Source of the DNA: an uncultured delta proteobacterium
Lineage (GTDB): Bacteria > Desulfobacterota > Desulfobacteria > Desulfobacterales > SG8-13
Length of the DNA: 64,000 nucleotides
NCBI GenBank assembly: GCA_963792945.1
Contig: CAWBYM010000008.1
Coordinates: 56,792-120,791, forward strand
Direction: 5' to 3'
Each line of letters begins with the position of its first letter. The stretch's first letter is position 1. Of this stretch, positions 30,016 through 40,033 are shown piece after piece. Below the pieces are notes generated by a model that saw only the letters and a list, made by a program, of their open reading frames with translations, did not search any database and was not told the DNA's origin. Position numbers and translations under genes: made by a program.

Positions 30016-30831
30016 CTAAACGGGTCGGCGACGACGAAAAGATGCCAACAAGAGGAATATTCCCGCGGCGGCTGCCAAATGCTTCAGGGTGTGCCCGCTG
30101 ATCACGCCTGTGGCGAGGAGGATTTCCCCGTCCAAATGCTCGAATATTTTGGCGAAAACGTATGCGGATAGTAATAGCCAATAACCGCTTGTCTTGGTAA
30201 ATCCCGATTCAAAACAGATGAGGATTATGGGTAGAGCGATCATCGGTAAAAATTGGACGAGGATATAAGGTCTCAAGTCACCATGCCCGGTGGTCTCCGT
30301 CCAATACCAATAGAGTACGGTTAGAATCCCAGTGGCTACCAGGGGAATCAAAAGTGTCGCACCGAACCGTATGGACACAAACTCACCAATAACAATGGAA
30401 ACCAATGCCATGAATGAAATCGTCATAGGGACCCGGTCCCAAACCAGAGATTCATTGCTCGGTGCCAGGTGGTAATAGCCGGAACCGACACCCACCAACG
30501 CCACCCCGATAAAAAAAACAATATAGCTCGGACGGTTCTCATTTACTATCTTGAGGCTTTTACGCACCAATAACTCGTAAAGCCCCAGTACACCGACCAT
30601 TACGAATGCCAAATTGGACGTGACATCCAAGAAATGAGGGATGCCCCACAGGGCTCTGTTGTCGGCGAATTCATGGTAGCTTTGAGATTGCGGGATCGGT
30701 CCATGCAGTCCCAGAGCGATGGCCGCCAGCGGTATGATCAGCGCGATCACCCAGAAGCCTATTTTCTTTCGTATGGTCAGAGTGTGTACCATTTTTCGGG
30801 TATGATCGGCAGCGTTAATCGGCCGCGCCAT
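30016..30831 (-). CDS. Alkaline phytoceramidase-like (CREST) membrane hydrolase
   Basis: YHEFADNR...IP.FLDVTSN, GSGYYHLAP...LVWDR.PM, GDLRPY, SGHTLKH; true start may be 30792. Confidence 0.8.
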   Translation of the reverse strand: MARPINAADHTRKMVHTLTIRKKIGFWVIALIIPLAAIALGLHGPIPQSQSYHEFADNRALWGIPHFLDVTSNLAFVMVGVLGLYELLVRKSLKIVNENRPSYIVFFIGVALVGVGSGYYHLAPSNESLVWDRVPMTISFMALVSIVIGEFVSIRFGATLLIPLVATGILTVLYWYWTETTGHGDLRPYILVQFLPMIALPIILICFESGFTKTSGYWLLLSAYVFAKIFEHLDGEILLATGVISGHTLKHLAAAAGIFLLLASFRRRRPV

Positions 30832-31897
30832 TGGATGCCGGCTCGTCTTCTTCCGCTGCGGCTTCCGGCCTCACCTCCGGGCCGAGGAGGATGGCGATGG
30901 GCCGGGTTCGCGGACTGGCGTCAAGGGAAATCATCAACGCAATGGTGAGCGGCACCGCCAGGAACACCCCCACGGTTCCCAGAACCCAGCCCCACAACAG
31001 CAGGGAAAGAAACACCGCCAGAGTCGAGATGCCAAGCCCGCGGCCCATGACCCGGGGTTCCAGGACATTGCCGATGACCGTGTTGACGACCAGATACCCC
31101 AGCGCCACGAGAAGCGTTGTTTGCAAATCGTTCTGGACGAGAGACAGGAGGAGTGCCGGGATCGCCATCAGAAGAGCACCGACAAAGGGGATGAAGTTCA
31201 GCAAAAAGGCCAGGATGCCCCAGAGAACCGCGAAGTTGACGCCGAGAATCCATAACCAGATCCAGATGCATAGTGCGGTGGCGAGACTGGCCAGGGTTTT
31301 GATGAGCATATATTTGTTGATGACGCTAAAAATCCGCCCCAGGCGTTCTTCGGCCTCCTTCGAAAGGTGAAATGCCGTCTTCATCTTATCCGGCAGGCTT
31401 GAGGTTTCCAACAGCATGAAGACGACGGCGAGAAGGACCACGAGTCCGGTCCCGAAGGTGCCGCTAACGTTTTGTAAGGCGCCGCGTGTGAGCCTGACGG
31501 CGATGGCCGGGTCGAAAATATCCTTGACCGCCTCGCGGGCACTGGCCACCCCGACACCCTCCAGCCAGTCGCCGAACCGATTGCTCAGCAGGCTCAGCCG
31601 TTCCTGATAACTCGGGAGGCCGTCTCTGAAGCCCTCCAGTTCTCCGGTAAACACCAATGCCAAAATACCGCCGGCCTCGAGAAGGGTGATCACGATGATG
31701 GCCAGGGCCAGCCATTTCGGCACCCGTTTGCGCTGCAGCCAGCGCAATGGCGGGGTTGCGACGATCGCGATGAAAGCGGCCAGGAGCACGGGGGCGACGA
31801 TGTCTGCCGCAGCCTGCAGGAAAAACAACATGATGGCGATGCCCGCTGAGGTGATCACGGCTTGCGACAGGGGAGAGAGACTGGAATTGTCGTTCAT
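30815..31897 (-). CDS. AI-2E family transporter
   Basis: P.LLA.FIAI...P..RWL, LLNFIPFVG, GNVLEPRVMG.GLGIS, G.FLAVPLT. Confidence 0.9.
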   Translation of the reverse strand: MNDNSSLSPLSQAVITSAGIAIMLFFLQAAADIVAPVLLAAFIAIVATPPLRWLQRKRVPKWLALAIIVITLLEAGGILALVFTGELEGFRDGLPSYQERLSLLSNRFGDWLEGVGVASAREAVKDIFDPAIAVRLTRGALQNVSGTFGTGLVVLLAVVFMLLETSSLPDKMKTAFHLSKEAEERLGRIFSVINKYMLIKTLASLATALCIWIWLWILGVNFAVLWGILAFLLNFIPFVGALLMAIPALLLSLVQNDLQTTLLVALGYLVVNTVIGNVLEPRVMGRGLGISTLAVFLSLLLWGWVLGTVGVFLAVPLTIALMISLDASPRTRPIAILLGPEVRPEAAAEEDEPASNGAAD

Positions 31898-32205
31898 CCT
31901 TTGACTCCAAGTTACGAGAGGTCGATGGAAGGGCACCTTTGCGCGAGGCGGCGGTTTAGGTCAAGGGTCGGGTCGTTTTTAATCATTCTCCCCGCTTCCG
32001 TTAAATCAAAAACGCCCCGCAGGATCAGTTGCTTTAGGCCTTCACTTCATGCGGCCGCAGGCAGATTATCACGGGTTTACCCTTGGAGCAGCGCCTTGAA
32101 GTAGGCGTAGATTCCAACCCTGGCAAAATATGCGATTTTGGGCATGGGTGTCAACACTCTTGTCATGCCGCCGCACCTCCTGTCTTTTCAGGGGCCCCAA
32201 ACGCT

Positions 32206-33261
32206 TCAGAAGGCGATGGCGTAGACACAGCCGATGATAAGGAGGCTGGCAATTCGGACACCCTGCCCCATCAGGAGAAGCTGAAGGCCTGTTTTGGGCT
32301 CGTAAATGCCCATGTAGTGCGGGAGTTGGTGACGCAGGGCACGGATAGGGAAGGCGATGATGTTGCCGATGAGAAGGGCCAGAACGGTTTGCTTGGTCGT
32401 GAGGACACCGGCCTGCATCAGGGCGCCGGCGGCGGCGAAACCCGAGGTGAATTCCGCGGCAAAACTGATGATCACCAACGATAACGATTCCAATGGGATG
32501 AACGCCACCGAGGTGAACCGCGCCAGTGTGGTCTGGATGGCTTCGAAGAATCCCATGGCGTTCAGCATGAAAACCGCGATGTAGATCGGGATCACGTATA
32601 CCGCAATGGTGGTCAGGCGACCGGGCAACCGGCGGCGGATACCCTCCCAAATACCGGTTGCCTTCCTACGCGGCCCGGATATGTTTTTTTCTCCAGGGCC
32701 GGCTGCGGTGGCGACCGGCTGTTCAAGCCGGAAATGACCGTATACCAATAATAGGATCGATCTGATAAGCGCGGCCAGGAAGGTCAGCAGGAAGTACAGC
32801 GCCCCGGCTCGTCCGGTGAGGGGGATGACGATAAAGAATGTCGTGGGAAGGTGCAGAAAATACGCCGGGAACTGGTTGATAAGGTTGGACAGAAAAAGGT
32901 GTTTACGTGTGATGGCGCCGTCTTTGTAGAACTCCATCAACATGGCATTGGCGGCTACCCCGGAGAAAAATGCCGTCGTAAACACCGCACTGCAATGGGG
33001 ACCGAGATGACCATAGCGGAAAGCCGGCATCGCCACCGCTGCCAGGTACCGCGTCCATCCGGTTGCCTCGATGATCTGCCCGATAACCAGGCCGATCCCG
33101 ATAAAAATCAGCAGGCGCAGCAAAGGCCAGAAAAGCCGCTTGATCAGCGAGTGGTGGTGAATGCTTTCCACCGTATAATATCCGACGATCAGAGCGGCGG
33201 CCGAGACCAGCAGGGAGATAACGACGGCACGAAGGCGTGGTTTACTTCTCTTGCGGGACAT
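32206..33261 (-). CDS. Nucleoside-recognition (Gate) domain membrane protein
   Basis: Polytopic; FTTAFFSGVAANAML, FPAYFLHLP, IRALRHQLP.Y.GI; overlaps cbiL stop. Confidence 0.65.
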   Translation of the reverse strand: MSRKRSKPRLRAVVISLLVSAAALIVGYYTVESIHHHSLIKRLFWPLLRLLIFIGIGLVIGQIIEATGWTRYLAAVAMPAFRYGHLGPHCSAVFTTAFFSGVAANAMLMEFYKDGAITRKHLFLSNLINQFPAYFLHLPTTFFIVIPLTGRAGALYFLLTFLAALIRSILLLVYGHFRLEQPVATAAGPGEKNISGPRRKATGIWEGIRRRLPGRLTTIAVYVIPIYIAVFMLNAMGFFEAIQTTLARFTSVAFIPLESLSLVIISFAAEFTSGFAAAGALMQAGVLTTKQTVLALLIGNIIAFPIRALRHQLPHYMGIYEPKTGLQLLLMGQGVRIASLLIIGCVYAIAF

Positions 33262-33979
33262 CGCCTTTTTTCCGCTTGGCCAGAATCAGCGTCCAGTAAT
33301 TGGGCGGGCTGCTTTTGAGGCTCCGGACGTCTTCGATGATCTCCTGCTCCGGCAGGCCGCATTTCTGGATGGCCACGCTGCCGTCGGCCAGGTCGAATTC
33401 TTCCAAACAGCCGACGATATCCTTGACGTTGCGGTAGCTTTTCATGAAAACGACATTGTCGGGAGCCGTGTTGAATTTTCTGAGGCAGTCGCCGCCATGG
33501 ACGCCCGAGAGAATCAGCAACGATTCCTCGCTTTCCACCAGGGGTGTGTTCAGGCAGGCGGAGGCCGCCTGGTAAGATGTGATTCCCGGCACGCTGATGA
33601 CCGATACACCGGGTGCCAGCTCCTGGATGTACTGCAGGACATATCCGTAGGTGGAGTAGGTCATGGAGTCGCCGAGGGTGATAAAAGCCACTATTTTGCT
33701 GTGCTTCAGTTCCTCGATCAGAATGGCGGCGTTTTTCTTCCAGGCCGATATTTTTTTGTTCTCATCGCTGGTCATCGGAAAGTGGAGCATCTTCACCGGC
33801 GTCAGATCCGGAATGTGTGGCCGTGCTATGGAGACCGCAAGACTGTAACTGTTCTTGGTGGAAGCCGCGGCGTAGACGACATCGGCGCTGTTGAGAATCC
33901 GTGCGGCTTTAAGGGTGATCAGTTCGGGATCACCCGGGCCCACACCGAGGCCGTAGAGTATACCAGTTTTTCTTGTCAT
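33242..33979 (-). CDS. cbiL: Precorrin-2/cobalt-factor II C20-methyltransferase
   Basis: GILYGLGVGPGDPELITLKA, FPMT, AFITLGDSMTYST, VPGITS; B12 context. Confidence 0.88.
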   Translation of the reverse strand: MTRKTGILYGLGVGPGDPELITLKAARILNSADVVYAAASTKNSYSLAVSIARPHIPDLTPVKMLHFPMTSDENKKISAWKKNAAILIEELKHSKIVAFITLGDSMTYSTYGYVLQYIQELAPGVSVISVPGITSYQAASACLNTPLVESEESLLILSGVHGGDCLRKFNTAPDNVVFMKSYRNVKDIVGCLEEFDLADGSVAIQKCGLPEQEIIEDVRSLKSSPPNYWTLILAKRKKGDVPQEK

Positions 33980-34289
33980 TGTTCCCTCAAATCAGTTGTC
34001 GGTTATAGTCCATCCGCAAAATGAATTTTACTTCTGCGTCTGCCTAAGGTGTCAAAATCCACAGGTGTCCATTTGCCGCGCATGCCATGTGATTCTTCCA
34101 GCCAATGGGCGGTTTCCTCGGCGGCAGTATGTCTACTCATGAATCGGCCGCTCCCCCCGCTCGTTCGACTGACGCAGACCATATCCGGCCGACCCCAGAG
34201 AAACAGGCTGCGCGTTTCACGGGGCAGGCATGGCCGGATATGATTCCAGTTGCCCTTCGGGCAAATCTAAAACCAAACGTTCGTTGCTG

Positions 34290-35273
34290 TTATTGAATGT
34301 TGCTACCGGCGGTCTTCTGCCCGAAAGTATCGGGGTAAAGACGACTGCCGATTTCCTGAATGCCATCCAACAGCCGCAACGTCGGGCGTGAAACGATCAT
34401 TTCATCGATTAGGTAGATTTCATCGTTGCGAACGGCCCTGATGGCGCTGAACCCCGGTTCGTTTCTGATCACATCGACGGTCGGCTGGTTCATTTCCCCG
34501 AATTGGGCCAGGTAGACATCGATCCTGTCTGCATGAGACAGGATGCGTTCCTTCCCATAGGCGGCAATATTTGTTTGTCGCACCGGCTCGGCGTCTGCGG
34601 CGATATTGATACCTCCGGCGGTCTGCAAAACAAATATGGCCATCGAACCCGGAGCAAAGGTTTTCATCTTGCTGTGGATGGCCTCGAAGTAAACTCTTTT
34701 CTTCGGCTGAATGGCGTTGGTGATGGATGAGAACTCTGCCACGGCATCATCGAAATGGGCGATCATTGCCGCGGCCTGTTGCTGTCTTCCGGTAAGGACC
34801 CCGAGAATCTTCCAGTAGATCCGCAACTGATCGACAGAGGAGGGCTGAAGGGAGACCACCGTTATACCGCTGGCCTCGAGGCGTTCGACCAGCTGGGGAT
34901 AGCCACGGCCGATCATGGGGCGGATCAGCACCAGGTCGGGACGAGCGGCCAGGAATTTTTCGGGATCGTCGCGGTAAGAAAAAACCGGTTTCTGCAGGGC
35001 TTCCGGCGGATGGACTTCGTTTTTGGAGACCCCGATCACCTGGCTGCCGGCATCGAGGCTAAACAGGTTTTCAGTGTGCGCACCATAAAGGGAGATAATC
35101 CGTCCGAACGGCTTTGCGACAGCCAGCTTGCGGCCAGCCTGATCGATGATCGTCTGGTTATCGATCAGGGCTTCTGCGGCCCATACATTTTCGCCGGGTG
35201 ACGAACCAGTCGCCAGCAAGACCAGCGCTATGCTGATAAACACGCTCTTAACATGCGTTGGAAGTAATTTCAT
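34290..35273 (-). CDS. Cobalamin/Fe-chelate ABC transporter substrate-binding protein (BtuF-like)
   Basis: IIDQAGR, RIISLYGAHTENLF.L, E.FLAARPDLV, AVRN..IY, SRPTLR. Confidence 0.85.
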   Translation of the reverse strand: MKLLPTHVKSVFISIALVLLATGSSPGENVWAAEALIDNQTIIDQAGRKLAVAKPFGRIISLYGAHTENLFSLDAGSQVIGVSKNEVHPPEALQKPVFSYRDDPEKFLAARPDLVLIRPMIGRGYPQLVERLEASGITVVSLQPSSVDQLRIYWKILGVLTGRQQQAAAMIAHFDDAVAEFSSITNAIQPKKRVYFEAIHSKMKTFAPGSMAIFVLQTAGGINIAADAEPVRQTNIAAYGKERILSHADRIDVYLAQFGEMNQPTVDVIRNEPGFSAIRAVRNDEIYLIDEMIVSRPTLRLLDGIQEIGSRLYPDTFGQKTAGSNIQ

Positions 35274-36045
35274 CTTTTCGAAAGACCACCTGCTTGCGAT
35301 CAGAAAACGGATCAAAAGAGACTTTTGCCCTCACGTTAAATACCTCTTGGATCGTTTCCGGCGTCAAAGCGGTATCCGTTTGTCCTTGGTTCACGATCCG
35401 TCCCTGTTTGATGAATATGAGATGATCGCAGTAGAGAGCCGCCAAGTTGATGTCTTGAAGAACGGCGATGACCGTCTTCCCCTGTCTTCTGACGCCTTCG
35501 GCGGCTAACCCCAGGAGGCGCAACGCGTGATGGATGTCCAGGTTGGACGAGGCTTCATCCAGAATCAGCACGGGAGTGTCCTGGGCCAGAGCCCTGGCAA
35601 AAACCACCCGCTGGCGTTCCCCGCCGCTCAATTCGGTTACGAAGCGGTGTTTGAACCTGGCCACATCGGCTTTGTCCATCACATCTGCCACAGTCTGTTG
35701 GTCTGATTCAGATGGGGTCGCGAAGCGGGCCATGTGGGGGTAGCGGCCCATCATCACAATTTCCGACGCTGTATAGGGGAAATTAATGTAAAAATTCTGT
35801 GGAACCAGGGCCGTTTGGCGGGACAGGTTTTTTTTGGTAAACCGTGACAGGTCTTTGCCGTTGAGCGCAATCCGGCCCCGAGCCGGCACTTTGTGTCTTA
35901 TCAACAGGTCCAGCAAGGTGGTCTTGCCGCATCCGTTAGGTCCGACAATGCCATAGAATTTCCCCGGCGGAAATTCCAGAGAAACATCATCTATTACGTT
36001 CTTGTCTCCATAGAAAAAGGATACATTGCGGATGTCGTAGGTCAT
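35248..36045 (-). CDS. ABC transporter ATP-binding protein (BtuD/FepC-like)
   Basis: GPNGCGKTT, MGRYPH, LSGGERQR, LILDE. Confidence 0.9.
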   Translation of the reverse strand: MTYDIRNVSFFYGDKNVIDDVSLEFPPGKFYGIVGPNGCGKTTLLDLLIRHKVPARGRIALNGKDLSRFTKKNLSRQTALVPQNFYINFPYTASEIVMMGRYPHMARFATPSESDQQTVADVMDKADVARFKHRFVTELSGGERQRVVFARALAQDTPVLILDEASSNLDIHHALRLLGLAAEGVRRQGKTVIAVLQDINLAALYCDHLIFIKQGRIVNQGQTDTALTPETIQEVFNVRAKVSFDPFSDRKQVVFRKDEITSNAC

Positions 36046-36047
36046 GG

Positions 36048-37106
36048 TCAATCGCTGTGCATCCCTTTCTGCCGTTTGCGAAAAATATAACAAAAAAAAG
36101 GTCCACCAATGAGAGCCGTGAGAACGCCGATGGGTATTTCAGCCGGCAACACCGCCCGGGTGATGGTGTCTGCGGTCAATAGCAGAATGGCGCCGACCAG
36201 CAGCGACACCGGGATCAGTCGCCGATTGTCGGGCCCCGTGATGAAACGCACCATGTGCGGCACCAGGAGGCCGACAAAACCAATAATGCCGCTGATCGAC
36301 ACGCAAACGCCTGCAACCAGCGATGCAGTGACCAGAAGAATGAGCGGCACCCGTCGTGTATCGACTCCCAGCGAAGCGGCGGTGCGGGCTCCCAGGGACA
36401 TCAGGTTCAGATCCCGGGCGAAGAAAACGCAAACCAAAAGGCCGATCGAAACGAAAACAAAGGCAAGGCCGACATCCAGCCAGGTTTTAGAACCGAAGCT
36501 GCCCATTAACCAGAAAATAATGACGCCCACCTGCTCATCGGCCACGTATTTTAGGAAACTGATGCCGGCGGAGAGAATGGCGGCGACGATGATGCCGGAA
36601 AGTATCAGGTTGTTGGAGGAAAGCCCCTCTCCGGATGCCGACAGGTAAATCACGAAAAACAGCGTGGCGACGGCACCGCAAAATGCGAACAGGGGAACCG
36701 AATAGGCGCCCATAAGACCGATGTTGAGCAATATGGCCACCGACGCGCCGAAGGCGGCGCCGGCGGATACCCCCAGCGTGTAAGGATCGGCCAGCGGGTT
36801 GAGAAGGATTCCCTGAAACACGGCGCCTGACATGGCCAGTCCGCTGCCGACCAGTGTGGCCGAGAGGATGCGCGGAAGACGCACATCGATCACCACGACG
36901 GGGAAAAGCTCGTTGACTCCTTCCAGCAGCTGGGCATTGCCGGTGAGTGCGGCCGCCACGGCTTTAAGGACATCGGCCGGCGGGATGGCCATATAGCCCA
37001 TGGTCGCAGCGGTAATCATCGCTGTAAAAAGCAGCGCCGTCAGCACCAGGACCTGCCCGACGAAGGCGCCTTGGAGCTTTTGTTTTATGGCATCTGAAAT
37101 CGGCAA
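36048..37106 (-). CDS. FecCD/BtuC family ABC permease
   Basis: RLPRI, FQGILLNPLADPYTLGVSAGA, FWLMGS, GIIGFVGLLVPH, EIPIGVLTALIGGPFF. Confidence 0.92.
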   Translation of the reverse strand: MPISDAIKQKLQGAFVGQVLVLTALLFTAMITAATMGYMAIPPADVLKAVAAALTGNAQLLEGVNELFPVVVIDVRLPRILSATLVGSGLAMSGAVFQGILLNPLADPYTLGVSAGAAFGASVAILLNIGLMGAYSVPLFAFCGAVATLFFVIYLSASGEGLSSNNLILSGIIVAAILSAGISFLKYVADEQVGVIIFWLMGSFGSKTWLDVGLAFVFVSIGLLVCVFFARDLNLMSLGARTAASLGVDTRRVPLILLVTASLVAGVCVSISGIIGFVGLLVPHMVRFITGPDNRRLIPVSLLVGAILLLTADTITRAVLPAEIPIGVLTALIGGPFFCYIFRKRQKGMHSD

Positions 37107-37235
37107 AATGCATCCAAATCTTATAAAATGGAAAACCCTTCAAATCGCTTTGGACTTGAAGGGCTGCACCCAGTTTCTTGACCCTCTGACACCCATACTA
37201 TTATCGACCGTCAAGGAACGGCAGATGTCGTAACG

Positions 37236-37506
37236 TTCAGGCAGGTCTTCTGGCTTCCCCTCCCATTCAGCGGCCTTCCCATTCCGGTCTTGCGGAACAG
37301 TGACACGATCAGGCTGAAGGGGTCCTATCGGAATATCGTTTACCGGGGATTCCCTCGGCCCTTAAACAACCGCCTTCGGGCGTGTGTCTATGGGTGTCGA
37401 ACCGGCAAACGGCGCGTCTTTCTTCTAGGGCAGGGGTTACAGCGGCGGGACCGCTCCCGACTTTAACGGGATTCCCTATTAAGCATCAAAACAATTCGCA
37501 CCTGGG
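37236..37506 (-). ncRNA. Cobalamin (B12) riboswitch
   Basis: Reverse strand: CAGGTGC...TTAATAGGGAATCCCGTTAAAGTCGGGAGCGGTCCCGCCGCTGTAA...GTCACTG...GGGAAGGC...AAGCCAGAAGACCTGCC (B12 box), upstream of btuC-like gene. Confidence 0.93.
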
Positions 37507-37517
37507 TTTTTTCTGTT

Positions 37518-37546
37518 CACTTACGAAAAACGGGCGGTGGTGTCAA
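37518..37546 (-). promoter_or_regulatory. Sigma-70-type promoter for the riboswitch operon
   Basis: TTGACA-17 bp-TAAGTG immediately 5' of the aptamer. Confidence 0.5.
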
Positions 37547-37588
37547 GCTAAAGCTATCCTTTTGCTTTGTCCGGTATAGAACGGTTTT

Positions 37589-38317
37589 TCATCGTTTGTG
37601 CCTGTGAGGATGGAAGCCATACGGGTGCGCATGCACGTGTTCGTGGAAGTGGGCGGCGGTGTCGACTTGAATTTGTCCGTTTTGGAGGGTGTAGATCGTA
37701 TCGGTGATTTCGGAAAGGAAATCGAACTCATGGGATACGATGACATAGCTGATGTCGAGATTCTTTAATATGTCGCTCAGCCTGATTTTTGTCGCCTCGT
37801 CAAGACCGGCGCTCGGTTCGTCCAAGAGCATGGCCCGTGGCGCCATGGCCAAAACGGTGGCCATGGCGACCAGACGTTTTTCGCCGCCGGAGAGCCGCAT
37901 CGTGATCCGCTCTTCGAAACCATCGAGCCCTAAAAACGACAGGGTCTTGCGTGATATGGCAACGGCTTCTTCTTTGCTTTTACCCTGGTTGAGAGGGCCA
38001 AAGGCTACGTCTTCCAACACCGTCGGGCTGAAAAGCTGGTCGTCGGCATCCTGGAACAGCAGCCCGATCTGGCGCCTCACCATGACAAAGTCTTTTTCCT
38101 CTGCGACCGGCCGACCGAAGATTTCAATACGGCCTGCCGCTGGTTTGAGCAATCCCATGATGATGTGAAAAAGAGTGGTTTTTCCGCTGCCGTTGGGGGC
38201 GATCAGACCAATGCGATCTTTTTCGAATAGAGATAAGTCGAGATCTTTAAGCACAGGAGTGGCGTTCGTGTAGGAAAAGGTGATTCTTTCGAGTTTGATG
38301 ATCGGTTCTTTGTTCAT
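37589..38317 (-). CDS. cbiO: ECF transporter ATPase CbiO/NikO
   Basis: APNGSGKTT, GLLFQDADDQLFSPTVLEDVAFGP, LSGGEKR, His-rich tail. Confidence 0.88.
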   Translation of the reverse strand: MNKEPIIKLERITFSYTNATPVLKDLDLSLFEKDRIGLIAPNGSGKTTLFHIIMGLLKPAAGRIEIFGRPVAEEKDFVMVRRQIGLLFQDADDQLFSPTVLEDVAFGPLNQGKSKEEAVAISRKTLSFLGLDGFEERITMRLSGGEKRLVAMATVLAMAPRAMLLDEPSAGLDEATKIRLSDILKNLDISYVIVSHEFDFLSEITDTIYTLQNGQIQVDTAAHFHEHVHAHPYGFHPHRHKR

Positions 38318-38372
38318 GACTCACATTTCTGATACGGAGGCTGACAGTTTGCCGAAAAAATCCTTATTCGGA

Positions 38373-39259
38373 TCATCCATCGGTCGAGGGAATAGATACG
38401 GCAGCAGGAACAAAGCCCTCTTCCTGAGCGGCTATATCCAAATGAGCCATTGCGACCTGTTCAATGGGCGGATATACCCATCGGTGCGTATTGCGGGTGT
38501 CGACACACTTGACGTAAGTTTTACATTTTTCACAGAGATCGACGCGGTACTCGGCTTCTTCTTCGCTGTAGAGGTAGAAAAGGGTTCTAGGCTCATGGTT
38601 GCCGCAAAATGGACAAAACCCTCTGTTGATATGCCACTGGTGCCGGCAGAAGCTGCAATGCAATGAACGCTTTCCCCGGCCGTCTATCGTGGATATTGCG
38701 GGCGGTTCGCCGCAAACAGGGCAAAGGCCTTTGTTCCAGTGATAATTCGGGGGAAGCAAGCTGAAGCGCTTTTCGCAAACGATTGGATGGATGGCATGAG
38801 GCTCTGATGGGCCACATGGGAAAGGAATTCTTTATCAAGGCCAATCGAGGATGCCATATGGTTCAGTTTATTTTCCTCCTGGTCCAGAAAACATCTCAAA
38901 AAGGACGTGAGTTCGAAGCCATCATTGATGAGCGCTTTGAACTTCTGGTTTATGGCCGGAGAATTCAAACCGGCGGTTACGATTAAATCGCCAATTTTTT
39001 CCAACAGTATCCTGGCGGCCCTCTCGTCGAATGGGAAATCTGATGGGCTCGCGAGCGGCACGCAGCGTTTCACTTTCATCTTGAGGCGGCACCGGGGGAT
39101 ATGCATCGGAAACATGTGCAGGTCTTCCGTTACCCTCGCCTGGACCATCAACAGCTGCTCGTAGTAGTCTATTGCGTGGCCGTACAGCGGTCGTATCCTT
39201 TTGAGTGCCTCTGCCGCTTTCCCGATCTCTTCCAAGGCTGAGTTTGCAGTCGCATCCAT
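38373..39259 (-). CDS. fdhE: Formate dehydrogenase accessory protein FdhE (frameshifted near 38750-38775)
   Basis: N-terminal ORF 38684-39259 plus C-terminal frame with CPVCG, CSFC, CPFCGN, CEKCKTY; one added base restores a single ORF. Confidence 0.8.
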
Positions 39260-39366
39260 TATTCCGTTTTCCGTTTAAAAACCTCTCAACAGACCTCAAA
39301 AAAAGCACCCTGCCTCCCAATGAATCCAAAATGCCTCGAAGGCGCGGTCAGGTAATGTAATACATT

Positions 39367-40029
39367 TTATTGGGCACTCCATAATTTTGGGTCAAACGAT
39401 ATCGCATAATCATGATATTTATGAGGAGTGTAAGCCGTGAGAAAAATCACCCGAACATTTTCTGAATCCAACAATCGCGCATCAGGGTATGCGGATTTTA
39501 CTTTTTTAAGACGCCTATCTGCCATCTCATGCATATCTTCCAATTCTCCAAAGTTGAGGCAATCGGTCGGGCATGCCTTCACACAGGCCGGTTCCTGTTG
39601 ACGTTTGATTCGATCATTACACATTGTACATTTTGCCAGCACACCGTCTTTATTACTGCGCGGTATGTTGTATGGGCAGGCTGCGGTTATTTCTTGACTA
39701 TTCAGAGCCTTGGTGTCTGAAGTGTGGATGACGGCGCCGGTATCGCGGTCCTGATAGATAGCATCCGTGTTTCCGGCCCGAAGCAGGCATGGCGCGACAA
39801 GGCAGTGGCGGCATTGATCCGGAAAAAAAAGCCAGCGCACCTGACCGTCCATAATCTGTTCTCGCATCCGGACGAGCTTATATGTCGTATAAGAAAAGTC
39901 AGGTGGATTTTGAAGGTTGCCGAGGTTATCGGTGGGTTCCGCGGGCAATCGGTTCCATTGTTTACAAGCAACTTGGCATCCCTTGCAGGCAATGCAACGT
40001 GTCGTGTCAATAAAAATGCCATAACTCAT
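39367..40029 (-). CDS. fdhB: Formate dehydrogenase beta (Fe-S) subunit
   Basis: DTTRCIACKGCQVACKQW, FFPDQCRHC..APC, CPYNIPR, KCTMCNDR, CVKACP. Confidence 0.9.
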   Translation of the reverse strand: MSYGIFIDTTRCIACKGCQVACKQWNRLPAEPTDNLGNLQNPPDFSYTTYKLVRMREQIMDGQVRWLFFPDQCRHCLVAPCLLRAGNTDAIYQDRDTGAVIHTSDTKALNSQEITAACPYNIPRSNKDGVLAKCTMCNDRIKRQQEPACVKACPTDCLNFGELEDMHEMADRRLKKVKSAYPDARLLDSENVRVIFLTAYTPHKYHDYAISFDPKLWSAQ

Positions 40030-40033
40030 GATT

